From assembly GCA_029858305.1 (NCBI GenBank), contig JAOUFI010000066.1:1-12339 (forward strand): a stretch of DNA of 12,339 nt, in the 5' to 3' direction. The notes below the pieces were generated by a model, which had not been told where the DNA came from, did no database searches, and was given only the letters and a program-made list of their open reading frames with translations. The DNA comes from Candidatus Thorarchaeota archaeon. GTDB lineage: Archaea; Asgardarchaeota; Thorarchaeia; Thorarchaeales; Thorarchaeaceae. Shown in pieces: positions 1 to 7,752 of the stretch (position 1 is its first letter; every line of letters starts with the position of its first letter). The position numbers and the translations under genes were made by a program.

Positions 1-279
1 GACAATGAGTCTATTCCGATACCTCTGCTAGATCCTACCAAAACTAAACTGGCTATCTTGGTACTTCTTCTAGTGATCAGCGGGGGACCTGTTTTATTCC
101 CTATCTTCGCTATCTATGGTTTTCTTCTCGTTTGGGGATATTTGGCCCTCATTGCAGTAGATCCATCAACACTAATACGGCTTTTCGCACAATTTCTGAA
201 TTGGATGCCACCTTTTCTTGCTCTTATCGTGTTTGTCATCGTTGCATCAATTGTCATGATCGAGTTTAGACATGAATAG
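1..279 (+). CDS. Hypothetical membrane protein, C-terminal part (5'-truncated by window edge)
   Basis: Frame 1 is open from base 1 (DNESIPIPLLDPTKTKLAILVLLLVISGG...) to a stop ending at 279. It has 2-3 hydrophobic TM-like stretches. The TTG at 58 in the ORF track is probably not the true start. Confidence 0.65.
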   Translation, partial: DNESIPIPLLDPTKTKLAILVLLLVISGGPVLFPIFAIYGFLLVWGYLALIAVDPSTLIRLFAQFLNWMPPFLALIVFVIVASIVMIEFRHE

Positions 280-1582
280 AACCAGAAGGAAAGATACCAG
301 GAACGACAATAGTTTCAGCTCTATCAGGACCAAGAGACAGAATAACAACCTTTGATTTGGCCCAAGTTTCAATCATCTTAATGTAGGAATGCAGGGAGTC
401 TGGTAATATGCGAAAGATATCAGGATCCATAATGTTTTGGGGTAACTCTGACCATCCTTCTATCTCTTCATAGACTGGTTGAGCACAGGCATATGCTGAG
501 GAACTTGCAGGTATTGTTGTTACTTCAGACCCATCAATATCATATGCTACACAGACTTTCAATGGATTTATACCATTAAGAACATCGACCTTGGTAATAG
601 CCAAGTATTTTGCTCCATTAAGCTTCGCCGCATATCGTAGCGCCACTAGGTCGAGCCAACCACATCGTCGAGACCTTCCTGTTACAGTCCCGTATTCTGC
701 GCCCTTATCGCGAATCATCTGCCCAATCGAATCATTTAATTCGGTTGGAAATGGACCAGTGCCCACTCTGGTTAGATAGGCTTTTGCGATACCTAGGATT
801 GAATCCAATTTATTTGGTGAAATTCCAGTCCCGATTGCCGCAGCAGCAGAAACGCAATTTGAACTTGTTACAAATGGATAGGTGCCATGGTCTATGTCAA
901 GAAGAGTACCTTGTGCACCTTCAAATAACACTCTTTTTCCAGAGTCAATTGCAGAGTTGAGGAGCTCACTGCAATCACCGATAAGCGGAATGATTTTCAA
1001 TAGAATATCTTTAAACTCCTTTAGTTGAGTTGATGTAGTCGCATCGACAGTGGAATTGTATAGTCTATTAATTTTGGATTCAGATGATTTCTCGAATTTA
1101 CGCCACTCACTTGTATTTCCGATATTTGCTATATCACATGCTCGAATTCCAATCCGAGTCACCTTGTCTGCATAAGTTGGACCTATTCCACGCTTGGTTG
1201 TTCCAACTAACAAATTCCCTCTTTCTGTTTCTTGAAGTTCATCAATCAGTATGTGGTAGGGAGTAATGAGATGAGCTCTATCACTAATTACAACATCAAT
1301 TTCTAATCCAGCCTTTCTAAGCTGTTCCATTTCATTATTGAGAATAATAGGATCTACAACAACTCCATTACCGATTACTGATTTCTTCCCTCTCACTGCG
1401 CCTGTTGGCATTAACCTGAATTTGAAAATATTCTCCCCAATCTTCACAGTGTGTCCAGCATTGCTTCCTCCTTGAAACCGAACGACCATGTCAAAATTCT
1501 CAGAGAGAACATCGACAATCTTGCCTTTGCCTTCATCGCCCCATTGGAGACCCACAACAACGAGATTCTGCACTCGACTCAT
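266..1582 (-). CDS. purA: Adenylosuccinate synthetase (long, 438-aa form)
   Basis: Signature motifs GLQWGDEGKGK, RFQGGSNAGHT, GTTKRGIGPTY, FEGAQGTLLDIDHGTYPFVTSS and EYGTVTGRSRRCGWLD. SD-like AGGAGTG (1593-1599, minus) lies 10 nt before the ATG. Confidence 0.98.
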   Translation of the reverse strand: MSRVQNLVVVGLQWGDEGKGKIVDVLSENFDMVVRFQGGSNAGHTVKIGENIFKFRLMPTGAVRGKKSVIGNGVVVDPIILNNEMEQLRKAGLEIDVVISDRAHLITPYHILIDELQETERGNLLVGTTKRGIGPTYADKVTRIGIRACDIANIGNTSEWRKFEKSSESKINRLYNSTVDATTSTQLKEFKDILLKIIPLIGDCSELLNSAIDSGKRVLFEGAQGTLLDIDHGTYPFVTSSNCVSAAAAIGTGISPNKLDSILGIAKAYLTRVGTGPFPTELNDSIGQMIRDKGAEYGTVTGRSRRCGWLDLVALRYAAKLNGAKYLAITKVDVLNGINPLKVCVAYDIDGSEVTTIPASSSAYACAQPVYEEIEGWSELPQNIMDPDIFRILPDSLHSYIKMIETWAKSKVVILSLGPDRAETIVVPGIFPSGSIHV

Positions 1583-1675
1583 GCACGCCTAACACTCCTA
1601 ATGCACTGATAATCGTTTTGCAAAAGACCTACCAATGATTAAAGTAAAGGAAAACGAGGGTGTAATATGCAGGCA

Positions 1676-1682
1676 TTTAAAT
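1676..1682 (+). promoter_or_regulatory. Putative archaeal TATA box for the GGR gene
   Basis: TTTAAAT about 30 nt upstream of the TTG start at 1713, in the divergent purA/GGR intergenic region. Confidence 0.4.
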
Positions 1683-1712
1683 CCCAGAAGAGAAGTTAAG
1701 CAATGACTGAAA

Positions 1713-3065
1713 TTGAAGAGGCAAGATGTTATTGTAGTTGGTGCTGGTTCCGCTGGTTGTGTCACGGCTCGACGTTGTGCGGAATTAGGTCTTCATACAC
1801 TTCTCCTAGATAGGAAGCCAAAGAATGAAGTCGGACAGAAAGTATGTGGCGATGAAATAAGCAAGTCTCACTTTGAAGCGACTGGTATAAACATACCTTC
1901 TGACAATGAAATCTCTTCAGTCATTGATGGAGCTGATGTTTATCCACCAAATTTGATGAATGAATTGAAAGTTCGAGATTGGTCAGACTTCGATGGTTGG
2001 ACTGTTGATCGATTGGCTTTTGGTCAGAGATTACTCAATGAGGCCATCAAGGCTGGTGTCAAATTTCTACCGAATATTCATGTAGCAGAACCTACTCTTA
2101 TTGGAGATCAAGTTACAGGAGTACATTATAGAGATTTATCAACTCGAGAAGAAACCACGGCTAAAAGCAAACTTGTAATCGATGCGAGTGGTTTTGCAGC
2201 GGTAATCAGAAATAAGTTGGATAGTCCATTAATTGAAAAAAACATCGACAAAAGCGACGTGGCATTATGTTACAGAGAGATATTGACACTCAAGGTTCCT
2301 CTAGCAGAACCTCAAGTCGCCCGCGTTTTTCTGGGAGGCAAGATAGCACCCCAGGGATATGCTTGGATTTTTCCTAAGGGAGTTAAGGAAGTAAATGCTG
2401 GTGTCGGTATTACTGGCGGTAGTGGAAAAGGCTCACCAAAATCATATTTTGAAACATTCAAGGCGAGCTATCCCCTTCTCTTCAAGAGTACAACTATAGA
2501 TGGGAAAGGTGGTGCAGTCCCAGTCAGAAGACCGCTGAAGAGTCTAGTGGGGAACGGTGTTGCATTCGTTGGAGATGCCGCCTTGCAGGTGAATCCGATC
2601 CATGGAGGAGGCATCGGAGCCGGGATAAGGGCTGGAGTCATTCTAGGTGAAGTAGCACGAGAAGCTATTGCACGACGAGATTTGACGGCAAAAGGGCTAT
2701 GGACATATAATACACGTTATCTGCCTGATTTTGGTAATAGACTAGCATCGCTGGAGATATTCCGGAGACTACTCCAGGGTGTGAACGATGAAGATTTGGA
2801 TTTCGGATTTGAAAAACGTCTACTTGAGGCAGAGGATCTAATGTCTGCAAACAGAGGAGAGGGACTCTCTCTTGGAATTGCTGATAAAATGAAGAGAGTA
2901 AGAAGAGGCGCGGGACGTATATCTCTTCTTCTCAAGCTTCAGAAAGCGACCTCACTGATGAAGAAGATAAGTAAAGAATACACTGCCTATCCTTCCGATC
3001 CTAGCGGCTTAGATACTTGGGAAAGACATGTTTTAAACATCATAGAAGATGCGAATTTCGAATAG
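1713..3065 (+). CDS. Geranylgeranyl reductase family FAD-dependent oxidoreductase (digeranylgeranylglycerophospholipid reductase-like)
   Basis: Rossmann motif DVIVVGAGSAG, KVCGD (Cys motif), VIDASG, GYAWIFPKG (YxWxFP), VGDAA and NPIHGGGI. Confidence 0.9.
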   Translation: MKRQDVIVVGAGSAGCVTARRCAELGLHTLLLDRKPKNEVGQKVCGDEISKSHFEATGINIPSDNEISSVIDGADVYPPNLMNELKVRDWSDFDGWTVDRLAFGQRLLNEAIKAGVKFLPNIHVAEPTLIGDQVTGVHYRDLSTREETTAKSKLVIDASGFAAVIRNKLDSPLIEKNIDKSDVALCYREILTLKVPLAEPQVARVFLGGKIAPQGYAWIFPKGVKEVNAGVGITGGSGKGSPKSYFETFKASYPLLFKSTTIDGKGGAVPVRRPLKSLVGNGVAFVGDAALQVNPIHGGGIGAGIRAGVILGEVAREAIARRDLTAKGLWTYNTRYLPDFGNRLASLEIFRRLLQGVNDEDLDFGFEKRLLEAEDLMSANRGEGLSLGIADKMKRVRRGAGRISLLLKLQKATSLMKKISKEYTAYPSDPSGLDTWERHVLNIIEDANFE

Positions 3066-3111
3066 AGAGATGTGAATGGTCGATGACCATCCACGCCTCC
3101 TTTCAAGTCAA

Positions 3112-4164
3112 TTATACGTCGCGAATTCCTTCTTTCACCACAGTGAAGACAGCCTCACCCTCTGGGAGATTAGGAGAGTCTACCAACCTACAGATTCTAC
3201 GTTCACCTTTTGATTTTCTTAGGTAACATCGTGTTTGCGGTACATGAGCCAATACATGACCACCAACGGGAGCTGTTGGATCGCCAAAGAATGCATCCGG
3301 TCGAGACATGACTTGGTTTGTAATATATACAGCCATGTTGTTAATCTCAGCACCTCTCTGTAAATGATGGAGGTGTTTGTTTAGTTTCTGTTGTCTTGCT
3401 GCAAGAGTACCTCTGCCTGTGTATTCAGCACGAAAATGACTTGTAACAGAATCAACGACTAACAGTTTAGCATTAGTATCAGGCGCCATCTCCATTGCTT
3501 GATCGCATAGGAGAATCTGATGGTCTGAATTATAGGCTCGCGCCCAAACAATACCCTTGAGAACTTTGGCAACGTCCATACCCAGAGCTTCAGCCATATC
3601 TACAAGCCGCTCAGGACGGAATGTTCCCTCAGTATCAACATAGATGGCTGTTGCGTTCAGACCTCCCAAACCAGGTGGTCGTTGGACCATAACAGCCAAT
3701 TGGTGAGCCATTTGAGTCTTCCCGGATCTAAAGGAACCATACATTTCAGTAATAGATTGTGTTTCAATACCGCCACCAAACATCTCGTCTAAAGCCTTAG
3801 AACCGGTCGATATTCGGCCAGCAATCTTACGCCTCTCGAGTAGTATATCTGCGGTCTCAAAACCAATATCTAGCATTTCGCGAGCTGCCTTGATAATTTT
3901 GGTAGCTGTTGTTTCGCCAATTGAGCCCGCTGCCGCCAATTCGCCAGGAGTAGCAACAGCAATGGCCTCGACACTTTTGTATCCTGACTCAGCAAGCCTC
4001 TTTCCTATCGCAGGACCGACACCAGGTAAATCGGTGACGTCAATACCTGCAACTGAATCACTATCTATCTCTAGGACATCCTCGGATTTACTTTCTTCAT
4101 CTTCAAATTGCTCGTAATCTTCCAAATCCTCTGCATCTTCGACATCTGTCTTCTTTGGTGACAC
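3112..4164 (-). CDS. radA: DNA repair and recombination protein RadA (Rad51/Dmc1 family)
   Basis: HhH N-terminal domain (DLPGVGP..GY.SVE), FxxA polymerisation motif (GFETA), Walker [21 protein letters not shown], Walker B LLVVDS, TNQV and GGHVLAH. Start moved from 4212 to the GTG at 4164 because a strong SD (GGGAGGT, 4172-4178 minus) sits 7 nt upstream; 350 aa. Confidence 0.97.
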   Translation of the reverse strand: MSPKKTDVEDAEDLEDYEQFEDEESKSEDVLEIDSDSVAGIDVTDLPGVGPAIGKRLAESGYKSVEAIAVATPGELAAAGSIGETTATKIIKAAREMLDIGFETADILLERRKIAGRISTGSKALDEMFGGGIETQSITEMYGSFRSGKTQMAHQLAVMVQRPPGLGGLNATAIYVDTEGTFRPERLVDMAEALGMDVAKVLKGIVWARAYNSDHQILLCDQAMEMAPDTNAKLLVVDSVTSHFRAEYTGRGTLAARQQKLNKHLHHLQRGAEINNMAVYITNQVMSRPDAFFGDPTAPVGGHVLAHVPQTRCYLRKSKGERRICRLVDSPNLPEGEAVFTVVKEGIRDV

Positions 4165-4232
4165 TATGAAGACCTCCCTCAGATGCTTGTTGTTGCATCT
4201 GCTCGTGGACATGATGTAATCGATTCATAGAG

Positions 4233-4253
4233 TATAAAAATAGCACTAGTGCT
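4233..4253 (-). promoter_or_regulatory. Putative radA promoter: TATA box plus adjacent 12-bp palindrome
   Basis: Minus-strand TTTTTATA at 4233-4240, with perfect palindrome AGCACTAGTGCT (4242-4253) directly upstream. Confidence 0.5.
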
Positions 4254-4294
4254 CATTCCGAGTGAAGATAACTTATAATCTAACCAAGAAGCCT

Positions 4295-4603
4295 TCATAC
4301 CTTTGTTAATGTAACTAGAATGAACTCCTCTTGAGGTGCGATTCTGATACCACCCATATTTGTTTGAATTTGGATGAAAGACAATTCACCACCCTCTTTA
4401 ACGCCTTTTACGATTTCCAAGGTCTTGCCAATTAGGGAACTTAGCAGAGCTGATATTTCCTCAGCTCGTTCTAATGAAACACCCCAAGTATTGATTGGAA
4501 ATCCCTCTGGACTGATAAAGAGTGCTGCATATACATCAGGAAACTTGCTTGTGATGTTTTGGATTATTCTCTCGAAAATCTCTCGCTTTGGCATAGCTGG
4601 CAT
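4295..4603 (-). CDS. Roadblock/LC7 (MglB/LAMTOR2-like) domain protein
   Basis: ~102 aa with the family pattern: helix, DVYAALFISPEGFPI, helix EISALLSSLIG, GELSFIQIQTNMGGIRIAP..EFILVTLT. Likely start is the ATG at 4603 (AGGATGTG 7 nt upstream) or 4594, rather than 4663. Confidence 0.85.
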   Translation of the reverse strand: MPAMPKREIFERIIQNITSKFPDVYAALFISPEGFPINTWGVSLERAEEISALLSSLIGKTLEIVKGVKEGGELSFIQIQTNMGGIRIAPQEEFILVTLTKV

Positions 4604-4797
4604 TATTTCGCACATCCTAGCGGAATCTATGGTTCTCTTAGAGAAAAACGTGACAGATGACAAAGAAAAGGTTTGTTGTCATATGTTCCACCTTTCTGAG
4701 TCGTGCTGAAAGAAAAGGAAAAGCTTGATGAGAACTAAATTTTAATGGAAAAGATGAAAAGTCAAGCATTTGGGGGCACAATAGGAGATTTGCTAAC

Positions 4798-5421
4798 TTG
4801 AAGTATGGGGATGAAATCATTGATCTTCATGGTACAAATGTCACTATAGCTCGTTTTATCTCCAGAGTGACTCCTGCACCACTAATCAACCTCTATGTAG
4901 GAAGTATTTTTGCATGGTTTTCTCCAATTGGTCTTGGTCCCGTGCTTGCACCAGTGGGTACGCTTCTGTTATGCATAATTCTTATGGTCATAATGCCAAT
5001 CACACCCATTATCTATGAAGCTGCAAAAGGTAACATCGATCTTGATGTGTCTCAGAGAAAGAGTAGAACTAAATTCCTTCTCTTTTCGCTCTTCTGCTAT
5101 TCACTTAGTTTTGTTGTTTATACTCTCTTTGGATGCATAATCATGAGTTCACTTGCTGCAGCATACTTTACTGTGTCACTAGGCGTGACCGTGGTGAATT
5201 TAAAATCCAAGGTGTCAGTACATGGTGCAGGTGTCGGTGGTCCAGGGACCGCGTTAATTCTCGTGTTTGGAATATTCGCATTACCCGTTGTTCTTATCTG
5301 GATAGCAGTCATTTGGGCAAGAGTTGTTCTACAACAACATTCTATGGCCCAATCAATTGCAGGGGTTCTTTTGGGTGCGTTCATTACAGCTATGACTTAT
5401 CCTTTTGTTTACATCTATTAA
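4798..5421 (+). CDS. PAP2-superfamily-like integral membrane protein (putative lipid phosphatase)
   Basis: About 6 hydrophobic helices. KVSVHGAG is C2-like (SxH) and WARVVLQQHSMAQSIAG is C3-like (RxxxxxHxxxQ). AGGAG (4783-4787) lies 10 nt before the TTG start. Confidence 0.7.
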   Translation: MKYGDEIIDLHGTNVTIARFISRVTPAPLINLYVGSIFAWFSPIGLGPVLAPVGTLLLCIILMVIMPITPIIYEAAKGNIDLDVSQRKSRTKFLLFSLFCYSLSFVVYTLFGCIIMSSLAAAYFTVSLGVTVVNLKSKVSVHGAGVGGPGTALILVFGIFALPVVLIWIAVIWARVVLQQHSMAQSIAGVLLGAFITAMTYPFVYIY

Positions 5422-5532
5422 GCATGAGCAGATGATAAGTACGAAAAGCGTTCTTATGGAAACCCGAGAGAGGTAAGATATATTCCTGATGAATTTGCAT
5501 CAATAGAAGTAGAACTTGAAGTGATTCGTCTA

Positions 5533-6741
5533 ATGTCAGATCAGATTGCCTGTCCCGAATGCGGTAATAAAATGAGGAAGGGTTCGACCTTCTGCATTAA
5601 TTGCGGAAATAAGATACCAGAAGATATCCTACCGGAGCAGACATTGGAGGAGGAACAAATACTCGGCGAGGAAGAGGATGTTCTACCAGCTGTTGAAGAA
5701 TCAGGATTAGACGAGGTAATTCACGCTGAACCTGCAGCTGAACCGATACTTCATGAATCCAAAACCACAGAGCCTTCAGATATGCTCAGCTGGGATGAAG
5801 GACTTCCAAATACGCCTGAAGCTAATAAGACTCTCGAAAATGAAGTGGAAATGCCCGTTGATGTTTCAATTAAATCAGAAATAGAAACTCCAAGTACCGC
5901 AGACACTAGTGAGCTTTCGTGGGAAGAAGGCGTAGCGGGTATTAAAGAAGGCATGCCCTTCAAAGAGATCGAGCCACCAAGAGTCTTTGCTGAGGCGCAT
6001 GATGCAAAAGTCACAACTGATGACGCCTTGGAACACCTTTTCCCAGAAGTTAAGGATGATGCAACTAGGGATGCTGTGGCACATCTATTTCCTGAGGGAA
6101 GAGGTAGTACAAGTGCAAGTTTTATCGATGTCGTTGTTGGGAAACCAGAGAGAATCTCAATCAAGTCTCCTTTACATGAGCTAGAAACACCAGTTTGCTT
6201 AAGTTGTGGAACCATCCCAACATCAGACAGTTTTGAATATCCAGAATATGTCTTTGATGCGTTAGGCAAAGCGCGGGTTGAAAATGGGGAAAGATTACTG
6301 CAAGAAAATGAGCATGAAGCTGCAATTGAGAATTTCGAGATGGCTAAAATGCTATTCGAAAAATCTGGAAATGAGAAGAATCTTGCAGAGGCAATAAAGA
6401 GAATTGATCTTGGATACGATGATATGGCAAAGTTTCACTATGACCAGGCAGAAACTCATTTGAAAGAAAATGAATTTGAATGGGCTGTTGTTCAATTCAA
6501 AAAAGCACGGGAGCTCTATATGTTCACAACTGATACAAAGAAACGGGTTAAATGCGCTGAAAGAGCTCGTGATACCTTCATTGTTTGGGGAAAATTTCTA
6601 GAAGATGAAGGAGACCGACTAGCTAAGGCTGGAGAAACAAGGGAGGCGTTAGCTAAGTATCAGGAATCTGCTGCCAAGTATCGCGAAGGCCAAGACACTA
6701 AGAAATTGAGGGGTCTTGACAGAAAGATACGAAAAGCCTGA
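5533..6741 (+). CDS. Zinc-ribbon protein with acidic disordered linker and C-terminal TPR/MIT-like helical repeats
   Basis: N-terminal CPECG-x9-CINCG zinc ribbon, ~190-aa E/P/D-rich linker, lone CLSC, then three 54-aa helical repeats. ATG 5533 preferred over GTG 5521 (GAAGTGA SD-like at 5518-5524). Confidence 0.8.
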   Translation: MSDQIACPECGNKMRKGSTFCINCGNKIPEDILPEQTLEEEQILGEEEDVLPAVEESGLDEVIHAEPAAEPILHESKTTEPSDMLSWDEGLPNTPEANKTLENEVEMPVDVSIKSEIETPSTADTSELSWEEGVAGIKEGMPFKEIEPPRVFAEAHDAKVTTDDALEHLFPEVKDDATRDAVAHLFPEGRGSTSASFIDVVVGKPERISIKSPLHELETPVCLSCGTIPTSDSFEYPEYVFDALGKARVENGERLLQENEHEAAIENFEMAKMLFEKSGNEKNLAEAIKRIDLGYDDMAKFHYDQAETHLKENEFEWAVVQFKKARELYMFTTDTKKRVKCAERARDTFIVWGKFLEDEGDRLAKAGETREALAKYQESAAKYREGQDTKKLRGLDRKIRKA

Positions 6742-6753
6742 TGTGTATCGTTT

Positions 6754-7668
6754 CTATTTGGGTTTGAATCCGGTCAAACGCAATATATTCTCGCGAAAGA
6801 TGAGATTTATGTCGTTGTCACTGTAACATAATTGAGGGCATATTGAGCGCACCGCATTGTATTGCTCCTCGAGAATATTGTATCTGAATCCTCTTGGAAA
6901 GAAGGAAGAGTCAGTTCCAAACACTACTCTACAGGCAGATCCAGCCTTGAGGGCTTTCTCAAAGATCTTAGTAATAGTTAGATCATATGGTTGATAGATC
7001 ATCCAACTGTTGCTCCCACTAGTGTCCATCACGACATTGTGGGTTTGGTACATCAACATAAGTACTTCACGGAAAAAACCTGCGCCAAAATGTGCAATCA
7101 TGAAATTGAGGTCAGGAAAGTCTTGTGCTGGTTTTTGTATGTCAAGAGGATTTCCATACCTAAGATTGGCAGTAGCTCCAATGGTAATTCCAAAATGGAG
7201 GATTACCAGAAGTTTCTGTCGTAGCGCTTCTTCATAGATTGGATACAATTTTTCATCATAAGCATTATAGTTCCCAGAGCTTGGGTATAGCTTAATTCCT
7301 TGGAAACCATCTTTGCCTGCTCGCTTAACAAGGTCAACAGCATCATCAGATGCAGGATCGATATTCGCATAACCCATAAATCGACCAGGAAACCTCTTTC
7401 TGGTCTGGTTAAAATCATCCCAGACCTCAGAACTTATCATCATCCCTATTGCAGAGATACCATATTTGTCAAGCTCATCCATCCACATCTGACCAGCGTC
7501 CCAATTCTCATCGGGGATAGTAAGAGTACCCATGTCAGTATTGTGAGCCACTCGTTGTTGGATTCGATTTAAGGAAGCACCACTATCAAGCCAACGCTTA
7601 ATCGTTTGAAACGTAAAGTAGTGAGCGTGGGCATCCACTACATCTATACCTATCTTAGAAATGACCAT
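6754..7668 (-). CDS. Amidohydrolase family (TIM-barrel metal-dependent hydrolase, Amidohydro_2-like)
   Basis: VVDAHAH (HxH), GFQGIKLYP, ILHFG, IAHFGAG, MDTS and VFGTDS motifs. ATG at 7668 has GGAG 9 nt upstream; the alternative start is GTG 7683. Confidence 0.88.
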   Translation of the reverse strand: MVISKIGIDVVDAHAHYFTFQTIKRWLDSGASLNRIQQRVAHNTDMGTLTIPDENWDAGQMWMDELDKYGISAIGMMISSEVWDDFNQTRKRFPGRFMGYANIDPASDDAVDLVKRAGKDGFQGIKLYPSSGNYNAYDEKLYPIYEEALRQKLLVILHFGITIGATANLRYGNPLDIQKPAQDFPDLNFMIAHFGAGFFREVLMLMYQTHNVVMDTSGSNSWMIYQPYDLTITKIFEKALKAGSACRVVFGTDSSFFPRGFRYNILEEQYNAVRSICPQLCYSDNDINLIFRENILRLTGFKPK

Positions 7669-7752
7669 TATGATATTCTCCACTAGTTCTGAGATGCAAT
7701 TATCTCTTGACTACTGGGAGTATTAGTAATAAGAGCTCAGTTATGGTCATAA

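Noticed and set aside
4165-4212. RadA N-terminal extension [16 protein letters not shown] from the ORF track
   Set aside because: It contains the strong SD GGGAGGT for the GTG at 4164, so it is most likely 5' UTR.
5751-6269. 172-aa minus-strand Ser-rich ORF
   Set aside because: Antisense shadow of the Glu/Asp-rich linker of the Zn-ribbon protein.
7691-7706. Hairpin GAGAT-N6-ATCTC between top6A and the amidohydrolase gene
   Set aside because: Only a 5-6 bp stem with no U-tract; not distinguishable from chance.
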